Source of the DNA: a virus
Virus record (IMG/VR): IMGVR_UViG_3300032313_001394
Coordinates: 1 to 64,000 of that record
DNA length: 64,000 nt
Direction: 5' to 3' (one strand)
Of this stretch, positions 10,301 through 19,662 are shown piece after piece. Every line of letters starts with the position of its first letter. The first letter of the stretch is position 1. The notes beneath the pieces were generated by a model that saw only the letters and a program-made list of their open reading frames with translations, searched no databases and was not told the DNA's origin. Position numbers and translations under genes: made by a program.

Positions 10301-12107
10301 TACCTTGATTACCTTGATTACCTTGTGGACCCTGATTTCCTTGAGGTCCTTGGTTACCTTGTAAACCTTGAAAACCTTGATCTCCTTGTATACCTTGAGG
10401 TCCTTGATTACCTTGTGGACCTTGGTTCCCTTGTAATCCTTGTAAACCTTGGGGACCTTGAGCACCTTGAGGACCTTGGTTACCTTGAAAACCTTGAATA
10501 CCTTGTGGGCCTTGATTACCTTGTAAACCTTGTGGACCTTGATTACCTTGTGGGCCTTGATTACCCTGATTACCTTGGAAACCATTTGGATTTCCATTTA
10601 ATGTTAATGAACCAGTTATATCAACTGAACCAGTAAACTGATGAGTATTTGATAATTCTGAACCAAATTGAGTAGAACCAGTTATAAAATTGGTTGATGA
10701 GGTAATAGTTTGAGCAACAATGGTTTGTGCAGTTAGTGTACCTCTTACTGTAAAATCATCAGCTGATGAAGCTGTTGCTGAATAAGATGCACTTATAGCA
10801 TTTAAAACATAAGATGCTGTGTCTGCGTTTGATGCTGTGATGGCTTGAATAGCAAATGATGCACTTACTGCTTGTAAAACATAAGATGCTGTATTAGCAT
10901 TTGATGCCGTTAATGCTTGGGTAGCATAACTAGCTGTTCCTAATAATGAACCAGTTATACCTCCATTAACACTTAAACTTCCAGTTGAAATAATTGAGCC
11001 AGTAATAAATAATGAACCAGTAAGTATTAATGTATCAGCATTTGATGAAAACAAGGTATTACCTGTTGTGCCAATAATATTTGTTGATCCACTTACAGTT
11101 AATGAACCTGAAATAACTGTAGATCCGGTTATAGTAGTATTAGTATTTACTCTAAATCCACTATCTGGAGAAATAGAAGCAGTAAATGAACCTGAAGAAA
11201 TTTGAGATAAATTTAATCCTACAACAGATGAAGCTGAAATATTAGTTAATCCTGAACCATCTCCTTTAAATGAACCTGTAAATGAACCTGTATTATATGA
11301 ACTACTAAATGATATAAATGAGCTAGATAATTGAGATATTGATCCACTGTTATTTAAAATACGGGTATTGAATGATGCACTTGAATCTAAGTAGCTTCCG
11401 CTTAACAATGCTATCGAACCACTGTTATTTAATATTTTTGCATCAAATGAAGCGCTTGAATTTAAATAGCTTCCGCTTAGTAAAGCAATTGAACTACTGT
11501 TGTTTAATATTCTTGTATTAAAAGACGCACTTGAATCTAAGTAACTACCACTTAATAAAACTATTGATCCACTGTTATTTAAAATACGGGTATTGAATGA
11601 TCCACTATCTGTTAAATAAGATGATGTGAACGAGTTAAATGAACTCGTTTGAATAAAAACAGATGAATCTAACCCATCTAATAAATCAGAATTTTGAGTA
11701 TAAGAAGATGTTAATGCTTGAGTAGCATAAGAGGATGTACCTAATAACGAACTAGTAATACCATTAATTACGATTAACGAACCTGATATTATTTGATCTC
11801 CTTTAAATATATTAGATCCCGTTGTAGCAATAGAACCACTATTTAAACCCCCAATATTATCAGCATTAACAGCATAACTTGCCGTTCCTAATAATGAACC
11901 TGTTATTCCTTCTGTTGCTATTATACTTCCAGAAATTACTAACGAACCAGAAAATAAAGCAGAACCTGTAAATGGAAAAATAGATGATGTAATCTCACTA
12001 AGTGCAATAGTATCCCAAGCTCTAAGATTAGAATTATATATAGGTATACTACCTGATTCTAGAGTAATTTTGGTATCTACAGTTTGTCTTCCTACTAATC
12101 TAGCCAT
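7383..12107 (-). CDS. long tail fibre protein with collagen segment and AS(Y/F)A repeats
   Basis: 1574 aa; repeated ITGSLLGTASYA, TGSN.F.G.Q.I.GS and SSASFNTRILNNSGSI units; G-X-Q tract at about 9968-10580. Confidence 0.8.
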   Translation of the reverse strand: MARLVGRQTVDTKITLESGSIPIYNSNLRAWDTIALSEITSSIFPFTGSALFSGSLVISGSIIATEGITGSLLGTASYAVNADNIGGLNSGSIATTGSNIFKGDQIISGSLIVINGITSSLLGTSSYATQALTSSYTQNSDLLDGLDSSVFIQTSSFNSFTSSYLTDSGSFNTRILNNSGSIVLLSGSYLDSSASFNTRILNNSSSIALLSGSYLNSSASFDAKILNNSGSIALLSGSYLDSSASFNTRILNNSGSISQLSSSFISFSSSYNTGSFTGSFKGDGSGLTNISASSVVGLNLSQISSGSFTASISPDSGFRVNTNTTITGSTVISGSLTVSGSTNIIGTTGNTLFSSNADTLILTGSLFITGSIISTGSLSVNGGITGSLLGTASYATQALTASNANTASYVLQAVSASFAIQAITASNADTASYVLNAISASYSATASSADDFTVRGTLTAQTIVAQTITSSTNFITGSTQFGSELSNTHQFTGSVDITGSLTLNGNPNGFQGNQGNQGPQGNQGPQGLQGNQGPQGIQGFQGNQGPQGAQGPQGLQGLQGNQGPQGNQGPQGIQGDQGFQGLQGNQGPQGNQGPQGNQGNQGSQGPQGYQGPQGFQGNQGPQGNQGNQGNQGPQGNQGPQGNQGPQGNQGPIGFQGNQGPQGNQGSQGNQGPTGFQGNQGPQGDQGITGAQGNQGFQGNQGPQGIQGFQGNQGTSGTATFPYTGSAIFSGSVIITGSLQSPSITGSLLGTASYANFSNTASYALTSSYANNSTSASYALTASFSETSQTASYVLNAVSASFATLAQTANTASFVVLAQTASYVLNAVSASRAVSASRADSAATASYVNPLVQDVLVTGSVDISGGGKLIVSAVGGDEGGEILLGKPITNNTLTGSGVTIDIWQNRLRFFEQGGNARGAFLDISTLGAGVSTNLLGIATSASNAATASSADNFTVRGTLTAQTIIAQTITSSTDFVTGSTKFGSLITNTHQFTGSVSISGSINASSITSSLLGTASYATTASYALTASYVLNAVSASYASTASLSNEALDIVLPVKNSTGAQINKGAIVRISGSVGNNALISLADWSSDGVSANTIGIVTANIPHDSFGYVLTEGTFIGYDTSTPGWTAGQLVYLGASGSITGSAPQAPLHGVRLGQVLRVQQTNGSIYIRIDNGIELGEAHDVIDSTTTGSYGDLLIKSGSVWINSKQLTGSYGLTGSLNATSLTGSLLGTASYATQARSSSYATYAETVGGLASGSFASTGSNTFNGNQTITGSLSVTQGITGSLQGTASWAVYAITASYATSIAGITSGSIITTGSNTFIGDQTISGSLLITGNLNVFGTASFVYVTASQLALSASFISVNVFEPAERFGGLKVYDSGSLSHLATASFAWDSLKNRWIYQNASGSSYDGAIIMAGPRNTGSLGDERALISGRIPKSVGGDHLDDSIIHEFSGSIGVSGSFGVTGSLLVSQSLFTNKNIFISAGGTNALSNDLTGSFTAAFYNYTLTSASNARAGQFTAVWNGNNIQYMDNSTVDIGSTSGAVLNATLSSGFIVLSGVFDTSNWNFKSTINLI

Positions 12108-12112
12108 TTATT

Positions 12113-12460
12113 TTAATTATTTGCGTTTTCTAAAACAGAAAGTATAGTATCTAATGAACCAGATACTGCACTATTAATATAAAATTGATCTCCTTTTTCA
12201 AGTACTAATTTACCTGCTAATGGACTTAATGATTCAGATACAGGTATTGCTCCATCTTTTAATAGAGTAAATTTACTAGCTGAACCACTTTTAGCTAATT
12301 GAACAGTAGCGTATTGAGTAGTATTTGATAGATTAGTAATCTGACATGATAAAACAATAGTTGATACATCTATACTTGAACTGTATATCATATTACTACC
12401 GCTATTTAATGTGCTAGCTAATAATCTAAATTTATTTAAAGGTAATGATGTTGTTGCCAT
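12113..12460 (-). CDS. small virion structural protein (beta-rich)
   Basis: 115 aa, located between fibre genes. Confidence 0.6.
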   Translation of the reverse strand: MATTSLPLNKFRLLASTLNSGSNMIYSSSIDVSTIVLSCQITNLSNTTQYATVQLAKSGSASKFTLLKDGAIPVSESLSPLAGKLVLEKGDQFYINSAVSGSLDTILSVLENANN

Positions 12461-12461
12461 T

Positions 12462-15224
12462 TTATGAATATGTTTCTAATGCTAAATTTAAAGGAGTAAT
12501 TTGTGCTGATACTGATTTGTAGAATGTTCTACCTTCAATAGTTCCTGTAGCTAATCGAATTATAAAATCATTACCTACATAAAAATCTCCAGTTTCATCT
12601 CCTGCTGTGTAATAAACTCTACCACCATCTTCTTCTACAACTCTTAGATCAAAATTAGTTTCTCCTATTCCACCTTGATTAATAGGTAAAGCTAAAAAAT
12701 TAACTCCAGAACCAGCATATGAAAAGTCATGAGATGTTGAAGTAATTAATGATCCAAATTCTTGAATAAATTGGGCTCCAGCAGCATTTACTATAACTGC
12801 TGTTATTGTACTTATAACTTTATTGAATGATTGTTGGATTTTTGCTTTACCTCCAGCTCCTATAGCTGTAAATAAATTACTTGGATCATTTTGAATATAA
12901 TCTCTCATATATTGCCATGATTTTATAAAATCACCAGTTAATGATCCACTAGAATTCGATATTTGAGGTATAACTGTTACTACACCTTGTGTAAAACTAG
13001 AACCAGAGGCAATAGGTAAAGTATAAAGACTACTTGTTGTTGTATCTTGTGCTTTAAATAATCCTTGAATAAATTGAGATACACGAGATGATTTCGGTGA
13101 TAATAAATCATCAGAAATAGCATCAATTAATAAACCACTATCTGTTATTGTTGAAGTATAATATTCTCCACTACCACTGATATAGGATGTATTATAACTT
13201 CCAGATACTGATAATTGACTAATCATATAATTCTGTATATTAGATTTATATGTTTTTAATAATGATGATCCATTAGCATCAATTGATGAACTCATATCTG
13301 AGACATCAGGTACTACTAATAAACGAGATCCACTTGATCTTAAACCATAATCGCCAAATGTAGTATTTGAGTTTAATAATGAAGCATGTCCTCCATCTAT
13401 ACAATATACACCTATTCTATTAAAGTTTGTAAAAAATGATACTAACTGAGCATATCCTCTACCTCTAACACATATACCAATTCCATTAAATGCTACCTGT
13501 GTGTATGCATCTACAATCATTGATTTAAGTGGAGAATATCCATCTAAAACTGAATCATCTACTATCATACCTCCAGGACCTTTTCCTACTAATGGATTAG
13601 CTGAGCCTGAATCTAAAGGAACATAGAATTTATCAAATGGAGTAAAAATAGCTGAACAGTTCTGTACATATGGTGATGTAGATATATAAGCATTAGGAGC
13701 AAATGCAAAGAAGAAACCATTTCTTGGATCTTCTAAATTATCAATCACACATCCTTCTAATCTTAATCCATAAAAATAATCACCATTGTTTACTAAGAAT
13801 AAATTAGATCCACTAGTTGCAGTTGTTGGGCGAACAACTACTGTTCTTAAATCGTTTCCAATAATTGATGTATTTGAAGGAACAGTAACAGGTGCTATCT
13901 CTGAATAATATCCAGGTTCAACACGAATTGTCATTCTATAAGGTACTGAAGCTGGAGGAGCAGCAGCTATACTAGCAGAAGCAGCAGCCGCGGCGGCTTT
14001 AATTGTTCTAAATGGATAATTTAATGTTTTTCCATTATTTAAATCATTACCATCTTCAGCAACATAAAATACTTTTTCAATATAACCAATATTAGTTAAA
14101 TAAGCTCCATCTCCAAAAAATCCACTACCCGAAATAGAACCTGTAACTAATACAGAACCAGTAAACTGATGAGTATTAGACATTAAAGTTCCAAATCGAG
14201 TTGAACCGGTAATGAATTCAACTGAAGATGTTATAGTTTGTACTATTAATGTTTGAGCAGTAATAGTATTATTTACTACTAAACTACCACTTACATTTAA
14301 TGAACCTGTTAATTGGTGATTATTATTATAATTAATTACTAATTTTTGATTAGTAGCAGCATTATATCCTCCAGCAAACACATAAACTGATTGACTTTCA
14401 GAAGAATTACCTATTAATAATTTATTACCTGTTGAATATAAATAAGCATCATTTCCGGCACCAATAGAATTAGCTATATTAAAATTAGGACCATTAATAC
14501 CTACATTAATATAATTTTCGAATTCATTTCCATTACCTGCTGTAGCAACAAGATCAGAAGATGCTGAAACTCCTAGACTTTCATTTTTAATATTTAATTG
14601 AAGATAATTATTTATATCTCCATCACCTTGCATTACAGTAATAGACGATGTATCTATTTGTACTATACGTAAAGCTTCATGGGCCCCATTAAAACTAGTA
14701 GTATTAATAGCTACACCAATACTATCTTGAAAAACAATACTATTGTTTAAAGTATTAGGACCAACAAATACGGGTAAATATCCAATAGACCCACTTAATG
14801 AACTACTAATTCCAGGACCTACATTATTTGCATAAGATGCCGTTAAAGCAAATGAAGAAGATGTAGAATTATTAGAATAAGATGCTGTTAAAGCATAAGA
14901 AGCAGTAACGGAGTTAGGTATAGAACCACTAAAGAAAGATGCAGTTAAAGCATAAGATGCAGAAATAGCATTAGGTATAGAACCACTAAAGAAAGATGCT
15001 GTTAAAGCAAATGAAGCAGTTGTTGAATTTAAAGCATAAGATGAAGAAATAGCAAATGATGATGATTCTCCAACAGCTATAACAGATTGAGCTCCGTTAA
15101 CATCTTGTTTTAAATATAATTTACCATCGTTCGTGTTTAAAGCTAATTCACCTAAATCTAATTGACTTACAGTAGGGACACGACCGGGTACAGAGCTTCT
15201 TTTAAGCCTAATATTTTGAGACAT
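12462..15224 (-). CDS. tail fibre/tailspike protein with probable beta-helix (pectin lyase-like) region
   Basis: N-terminal IRLKRSSVPGRVPT..L..GELALNT.DGKLY fibre-anchor motif; YVAEDGNDLNNG...PFRTIKAA and G.Y.E..P..VP....IIG.DLR motifs. Confidence 0.75.
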   Translation of the reverse strand: MSQNIRLKRSSVPGRVPTVSQLDLGELALNTNDGKLYLKQDVNGAQSVIAVGESSSFAISSSYALNSTTASFALTASFFSGSIPNAISASYALTASFFSGSIPNSVTASYALTASYSNNSTSSSFALTASYANNVGPGISSSLSGSIGYLPVFVGPNTLNNSIVFQDSIGVAINTTSFNGAHEALRIVQIDTSSITVMQGDGDINNYLQLNIKNESLGVSASSDLVATAGNGNEFENYINVGINGPNFNIANSIGAGNDAYLYSTGNKLLIGNSSESQSVYVFAGGYNAATNQKLVINYNNNHQLTGSLNVSGSLVVNNTITAQTLIVQTITSSVEFITGSTRFGTLMSNTHQFTGSVLVTGSISGSGFFGDGAYLTNIGYIEKVFYVAEDGNDLNNGKTLNYPFRTIKAAAAAASASIAAAPPASVPYRMTIRVEPGYYSEIAPVTVPSNTSIIGNDLRTVVVRPTTATSGSNLFLVNNGDYFYGLRLEGCVIDNLEDPRNGFFFAFAPNAYISTSPYVQNCSAIFTPFDKFYVPLDSGSANPLVGKGPGGMIVDDSVLDGYSPLKSMIVDAYTQVAFNGIGICVRGRGYAQLVSFFTNFNRIGVYCIDGGHASLLNSNTTFGDYGLRSSGSRLLVVPDVSDMSSSIDANGSSLLKTYKSNIQNYMISQLSVSGSYNTSYISGSGEYYTSTITDSGLLIDAISDDLLSPKSSRVSQFIQGLFKAQDTTTSSLYTLPIASGSSFTQGVVTVIPQISNSSGSLTGDFIKSWQYMRDYIQNDPSNLFTAIGAGGKAKIQQSFNKVISTITAVIVNAAGAQFIQEFGSLITSTSHDFSYAGSGVNFLALPINQGGIGETNFDLRVVEEDGGRVYYTAGDETGDFYVGNDFIIRLATGTIEGRTFYKSVSAQITPLNLALETYS

Positions 15225-15292
15225 TTGCTATTGTTTAACAGTATATACTAGTAGACACCTATATGAGGGCTGTGTATAAATATTAGACAATT

Positions 15293-15526
15293 TTAGAAAG
15301 TACCACCATCTAAACCTCCACTTACAAATAAAGAACTAGTTGCTACATTTGGTGAATCTACTATAGCTTGAGAACCAGATACAATTATAGCTGGGGTTAA
15401 AGGATTAAATTGACGGAATATTGAAGAACCAGAAACATATAAACTTCCGGATAGAACTAATCTTAATGGATCGTTCGGATCTAATTTTAATGGAGATAAT
15501 ATTTGGTCTAATGTAATTTGAGCCAT
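15293..15526 (-). CDS. small structural protein
   Basis: 77 aa, SGS-rich, ends in LDGGTF. Confidence 0.55.
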   Translation of the reverse strand: MAQITLDQILSPLKLDPNDPLRLVLSGSLYVSGSSIFRQFNPLTPAIIVSGSQAIVDSPNVATSSLFVSGGLDGGTF

Positions 15527-15527
15527 T

Positions 15528-16769
15528 TTACAGGAATTTACCGATTGCTGTGATTTCTTTTCCAGTTAAATAATATCCTAATAAATTAGGGTCTATTACT
15601 AAAGTACAAGTATTATTTCCATTATCTGTAAATGAAATTATTTCATGATTAGGAATATATACTCCATTAACATAAAATACAAAATTAATTTTAGAAGTTG
15701 GAGGTAATGCTGAATTAGGTGGAGCGGGTAATATAGATGCTGGAGAGAATATTGCTGTATTTTCAGTAACTGTACTAGCTAATTTAATACTTATAGTACT
15801 TAAATAAATAATATCTTGAGTATCGGCTCCTTGAAGAGTTATATTACTTCCTCCTTCAAATATTGTAGTAGAATTCATTGGTGCTGTAGTTACTGTTTGT
15901 GCTTCGGCATCTAAAGTATTAAGATCTTCAGATGTTGTCTCCATCATAAATATCAGTTGAGAAGTTCCATAATATAAATCAGTATTCGCAATTTGTTTAT
16001 TAATTGTATCAGGAATAATATATCCATTTAAAATAATATTAAATGTTGATTTTACAGCACGTCCATCTTCAGTATTTACTTCAGTAGTTGTTGCAAATGA
16101 ATCAATTCTTGCTCTAAATTTAAAACGAGAAAAATCACCCCAATAAGAATCTGAAGAAAAATTAATAGCTTCAATAATAGGATTAATTTGTTCTACATAA
16201 TCTGTAAATATTACACAAGAATAAGTTAAAGTAACATAATCAGGTATAACGGATAAAATATATTCTTTAGAAGGTTTACGATTAGATAATACTGAAAAAC
16301 GATCATATTGATTTTTTGAATTATACTTAGTTTCAAAAATTTGATAATTATGAACTTTATTACCATCTAATTTATTACCTAATGAACGATTTTTTTCTAA
16401 TGTATCACGTTTATACATGATAAGTGGAACCATTAATTTTCCATCTTTATCACGATAATATCCATTAGCTTGAATAGAAGCCCAACGTTCAGGAGAACCA
16501 TATAAAATAGGTACAGGAAGTCTATTTCCGTTTTGAATTACTGATGGTTTTATTGTATTTTCAAAATAATATTTAATAACATTATCATGATCTTCTAAAG
16601 AAACCGAAAAATCTTTAATATTTTTATCTTTAAATGATATTTCTTTAGCACGATTTTGTGAAAATACAGTATCACTTGATATTTTAGATATACGATTATA
16701 TGATGGAGTTAAACCGTCTTGTAAAACTTCAGATTGATTTTTAGGAAGTGGTTTTAATATTTTAGCCAT
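15528..16769 (-). CDS. tail completion/sheath stabiliser protein (T4 gp15-like)
   Basis: VPILYGSPERW motif, PDYVTLTY...Q.N.IIEAI, and position after two neck genes. Confidence 0.6.
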   Translation of the reverse strand: MAKILKPLPKNQSEVLQDGLTPSYNRISKISSDTVFSQNRAKEISFKDKNIKDFSVSLEDHDNVIKYYFENTIKPSVIQNGNRLPVPILYGSPERWASIQANGYYRDKDGKLMVPLIMYKRDTLEKNRSLGNKLDGNKVHNYQIFETKYNSKNQYDRFSVLSNRKPSKEYILSVIPDYVTLTYSCVIFTDYVEQINPIIEAINFSSDSYWGDFSRFKFRARIDSFATTTEVNTEDGRAVKSTFNIILNGYIIPDTINKQIANTDLYYGTSQLIFMMETTSEDLNTLDAEAQTVTTAPMNSTTIFEGGSNITLQGADTQDIIYLSTISIKLASTVTENTAIFSPASILPAPPNSALPPTSKINFVFYVNGVYIPNHEIISFTDNGNNTCTLVIDPNLLGYYLTGKEITAIGKFL

Positions 16770-17260
16770 TATAATCTTTCTCTAGTTACGCCAACTTTTT
16801 CTGGACGGATATATTGAGCAGATACAATAATTGATATACTAGAACCAAAATCAGCATTATTTTCTGAGTATGAGAAAGATGGATCTTTACCTACGACAAA
16901 TTGGTTTTCAATAAGACTGCCGATTTCGTAATAATTTTCATCCCATAATATAATATCGCCAACTTTAGGGACAAGTTGAATATCTACAAGAATATCACGT
17001 AAAAAACGTACATTAATTGTACGAGTAACATCAGAACCAAATTCAGTTTCAGACCATGATTGATCTATACGATCTATTAAACAATTTACAAGTACTGGAT
17101 CTTGGTAAGTTTTAGAGAGAGATTCACCATATAAATTAGAATTAGTTTTTGATAAATCTAATATATAATATCCAACCTGTTGTTCAATAATATTATTGAT
17201 CAGCTCTTTATTAATATGTCTAATAAATGAAATGTCGCGTGAACCGCCATATAAAGCCAT
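16769..17260 (-). CDS. head closure/neck protein (T4 gp14-like)
   Basis: NLYGES, FG.D, P.VGDII.W...YYEI motifs and synteny. Confidence 0.6.
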   Translation of the reverse strand: MALYGGSRDISFIRHINKELINNIIEQQVGYYILDLSKTNSNLYGESLSKTYQDPVLVNCLIDRIDQSWSETEFGSDVTRTINVRFLRDILVDIQLVPKVGDIILWDENYYEIGSLIENQFVVGKDPSFSYSENNADFGSSISIIVSAQYIRPEKVGVTRERL

Positions 17261-17261
17261 A

Positions 17262-17585
17262 TTAGTAATTTCTAATTTTAACTAATGATTTAGCACGTGG
17301 AAAGAATTTAACTAATCCTACTATTTTTAATGCTTTTTCTTTAATCATTGAAATAGTTTGTTCTGGGGTGCCTTCATTAATGAATTTAATTTCAAGTAAA
17401 GCATAATCATAATTATTATCAGATAAAGCTTCTATTTTTTCATTATTAACAATTTTAACAACAACAATATCCTGTATAGCTCTAACCTGATTATAAATTT
17501 CAGTATTATTAGCTTTACGTTTTTCAATTTTAATTATTGCTTGTAAGAAAAATGTTTCGAAATTAGCTTCGTTAATTAAATTCAT
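17262..17585 (-). CDS. hypothetical protein
   Basis: 107-aa ORF in the neck operon; starts MNLINE. Confidence 0.6.
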   Translation of the reverse strand: MNLINEANFETFFLQAIIKIEKRKANNTEIYNQVRAIQDIVVVKIVNNEKIEALSDNNYDYALLEIKFINEGTPEQTISMIKEKALKIVGLVKFFPRAKSLVKIRNY

Positions 17586-17587
17586 AA

Positions 17588-18742
17588 TTAAAATATATAA
17601 ATAGGCATAGGAACATTATTTAATGTTTTTTGTAAATAATCTTCTTCAGATGCACGTTTTTCCATTTGTTTATTACGAGATGATTCATCTAGAGTAGCTC
17701 GTAATTGTTCTAGCAATGCTGCTTTTTCTGATCTAGCATCAGTTAATAAATCTTGTTGATTTAATGTTACTTCAGAACCAGGAATAGGAACTGTAGTGTA
17801 TTTACCACGAACATAAGCTAAAGTTTCTTTAACAACAGCTAAAGTATACTGGTAAATCCATTGACGCCCAATAGAATTTATTTGAGAATATACTGGATTC
17901 TGATAAGGTACATTAGAAACATTAGTTACCAAATTATTTCCTGAACCTGAAATAAAAGGTTGGTTACGTTCTGATTTTTTAATATAATGAATTAATATAC
18001 TTCCTGGATTTTGTGGTATAGGAAATAATCTTAATTGATTACCTACTAAATCAAATGAATATGCTGATTTTCTAATTTGATCGTTTAATTCAATTGCTTG
18101 TAATTTTAATAAGTCAAAATTCATGGGCATTAACATAAAGTTAATACCTGGAGAATATGATCCAAAGTTAAATGTTTCAAGTAATGATTGTATACCTGTA
18201 CCTGTACCAGCATATGGATCAAAATAACGAACAATTGATGGTGGAGCATCATTAAATACTTTTTTAATTTCAATTGAATCACCAGGTTGTAATGATGCTG
18301 ATTGAGAAGCCCAAGTATTTAAGTCATAATCTTGTTGTCCTGGAGTCATTGTAATTGATCCAGTATAATATTTTATAGTACCACCAGCACCAGCTTCAGA
18401 ACCGTATGTTGAGGCAATTCTAATTTGAGTTCCTAATGTAGGAGTAATTACTTGATTATTTAAAGCAGATCCAGTTGAAGAACCTTCAAAAGATAAATAA
18501 TTTTCTCTAACTTTCCATTGATAAACTTCATTACCATATGTAGTTACTGCTTCTTCGAATGCAGCATAAAACTGAATATCTTGTAATTCGATATTTTCAA
18601 TTGGATATCCTAAACGACGAGCACACCATGTTGTTACTTTATCTGCATCTACTCTAAAAGTAGAATCAGTGTCATAAAACCCAAACGGTGTTGAACCAGT
18701 AGCAAATGAACTCGAACCTGGATATATAGGAATATTAGCCAT
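17588..18742 (-). CDS. head-tail adaptor/neck protein (T4 gp13-like)
   Basis: RRLGYP...IEL...Q...AFEEA and WI.QYTLA..KE.L..VRGKY...PG..VTLN motifs. Confidence 0.75.
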   Translation of the reverse strand: MANIPIYPGSSSFATGSTPFGFYDTDSTFRVDADKVTTWCARRLGYPIENIELQDIQFYAAFEEAVTTYGNEVYQWKVRENYLSFEGSSTGSALNNQVITPTLGTQIRIASTYGSEAGAGGTIKYYTGSITMTPGQQDYDLNTWASQSASLQPGDSIEIKKVFNDAPPSIVRYFDPYAGTGTGIQSLLETFNFGSYSPGINFMLMPMNFDLLKLQAIELNDQIRKSAYSFDLVGNQLRLFPIPQNPGSILIHYIKKSERNQPFISGSGNNLVTNVSNVPYQNPVYSQINSIGRQWIYQYTLAVVKETLAYVRGKYTTVPIPGSEVTLNQQDLLTDARSEKAALLEQLRATLDESSRNKQMEKRASEEDYLQKTLNNVPMPIYIF

Positions 18743-18774
18743 TAATCAAATATGTAGTGTTTGTTATAAATATA

Positions 18775-18867
18775 TTAATTTTTAATGATACTCAAACTTC
18801 CACTATTATTAGTATTAATTAAAATAATATTACCAGCATTATTTGTATTTAATATAGTTAAAGTCAT
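18775..18867 (-). CDS. putative 30-aa micro-protein (MTLTILNTNNAGNIILINTNNSGSLSIIKN)
   Basis: ATG overlaps the phoH stop (TAATG); internally repeated NTNN(A/S)G; ends just before the next ATATTTAT. Confidence 0.4.
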   Translation of the reverse strand: MTLTILNTNNAGNIILINTNNSGSLSIIKN

Positions 18868-19556
18868 TACATATGTTCTTTATACATGTTTAGAACTGAC
18901 TCCACAATTGGGTGTCTATGGTTTGTTTTTAACACTACCGATGCTACTCCTGGGATAGAACCAGCAACTTGTTTTGATAGAAAATACATACCAGAGTCTT
19001 TTTTATTTTTTAAATCAACTTGAGATGTATCTCCTACAATCACCATTTTACTTCCTTTACATAGACGAGATATTACCATTTCCATTTGAGGATCAGTAAC
19101 GTTTTGTGCCTCGTCTACTATAATAAATGCATTTGAGAAGTTACGTCCACGCATAAATGCGAATGGAACTATTTCTATTTGTCCTCGCTCAAAATACATA
19201 TCCACTTTTTCTTTATCGTATACTCGATATGCGTTATCGTATATTGGAGCAACGAATGGATCTAATTTTTCTTTAATACCACCAGGTAAGAAGCCGATAT
19301 CTTCTTTAGCTGTTACTACTGGTCTTGCTATAATGATCTTTTCAACTTCTTTATTGAATAATAGATCTAGCGCTGTTTGGACTGCTACTAATGTTTTACC
19401 ACTTCCTGCTTGTCCAGTAATGACTGTTATATCATTAGCTAATATTATACTCTTTGTTTCTTTTTGTTCTTCATTTAGTTGAACTTGGAACTTAATTGGA
19501 TTTTTAGGTTTACGTTTTTCCTGAAAAATCTCGTCATTGTGGTGATTTGAACTCAT
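18867..19556 (-). CDS. phoH: PhoH-family ATPase
   Basis: GQAGSGKT Walker A, IGFLPG, FMRGRNF, IIVDEAQN, GD.SQ.DL, RHPIV; start moved to MSSNHH (19556) because ATATTTAT lies at 19580-19587. Confidence 0.93.
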   Translation of the reverse strand: MSSNHHNDEIFQEKRKPKNPIKFQVQLNEEQKETKSIILANDITVITGQAGSGKTLVAVQTALDLLFNKEVEKIIIARPVVTAKEDIGFLPGGIKEKLDPFVAPIYDNAYRVYDKEKVDMYFERGQIEIVPFAFMRGRNFSNAFIIVDEAQNVTDPQMEMVISRLCKGSKMVIVGDTSQVDLKNKKDSGMYFLSKQVAGSIPGVASVVLKTNHRHPIVESVLNMYKEHM

Positions 19557-19609
19557 AAAACTTGTTTTAGTTATCAGCAATAAATATGTAAAAAACACAT
19601 TTAATAGAT

Positions 19610-19641
19610 AAAAAAAGGTCGGAACTAAGTTCCGACCCTTT
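19610..19641 (-). terminator. intrinsic terminator after the major capsid gene
   Basis: GGTCGGAAC-TTA-GTTCCGACC stem followed by a T7 tract on the minus strand. Confidence 0.85.
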
Positions 19642-19662
19642 AATTACTCTATTGAGTTAAGA

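Noticed and set aside
9944-10636. Overlapping repeat ORFs within the long fibre gene
   Set aside because: They are shadows of the G-X-Q tract.
19557-19598. N-terminal extension of PhoH in the ORF track
   Set aside because: It overlaps the ATATTTAT element, so the downstream Met at 19556 is more plausible.
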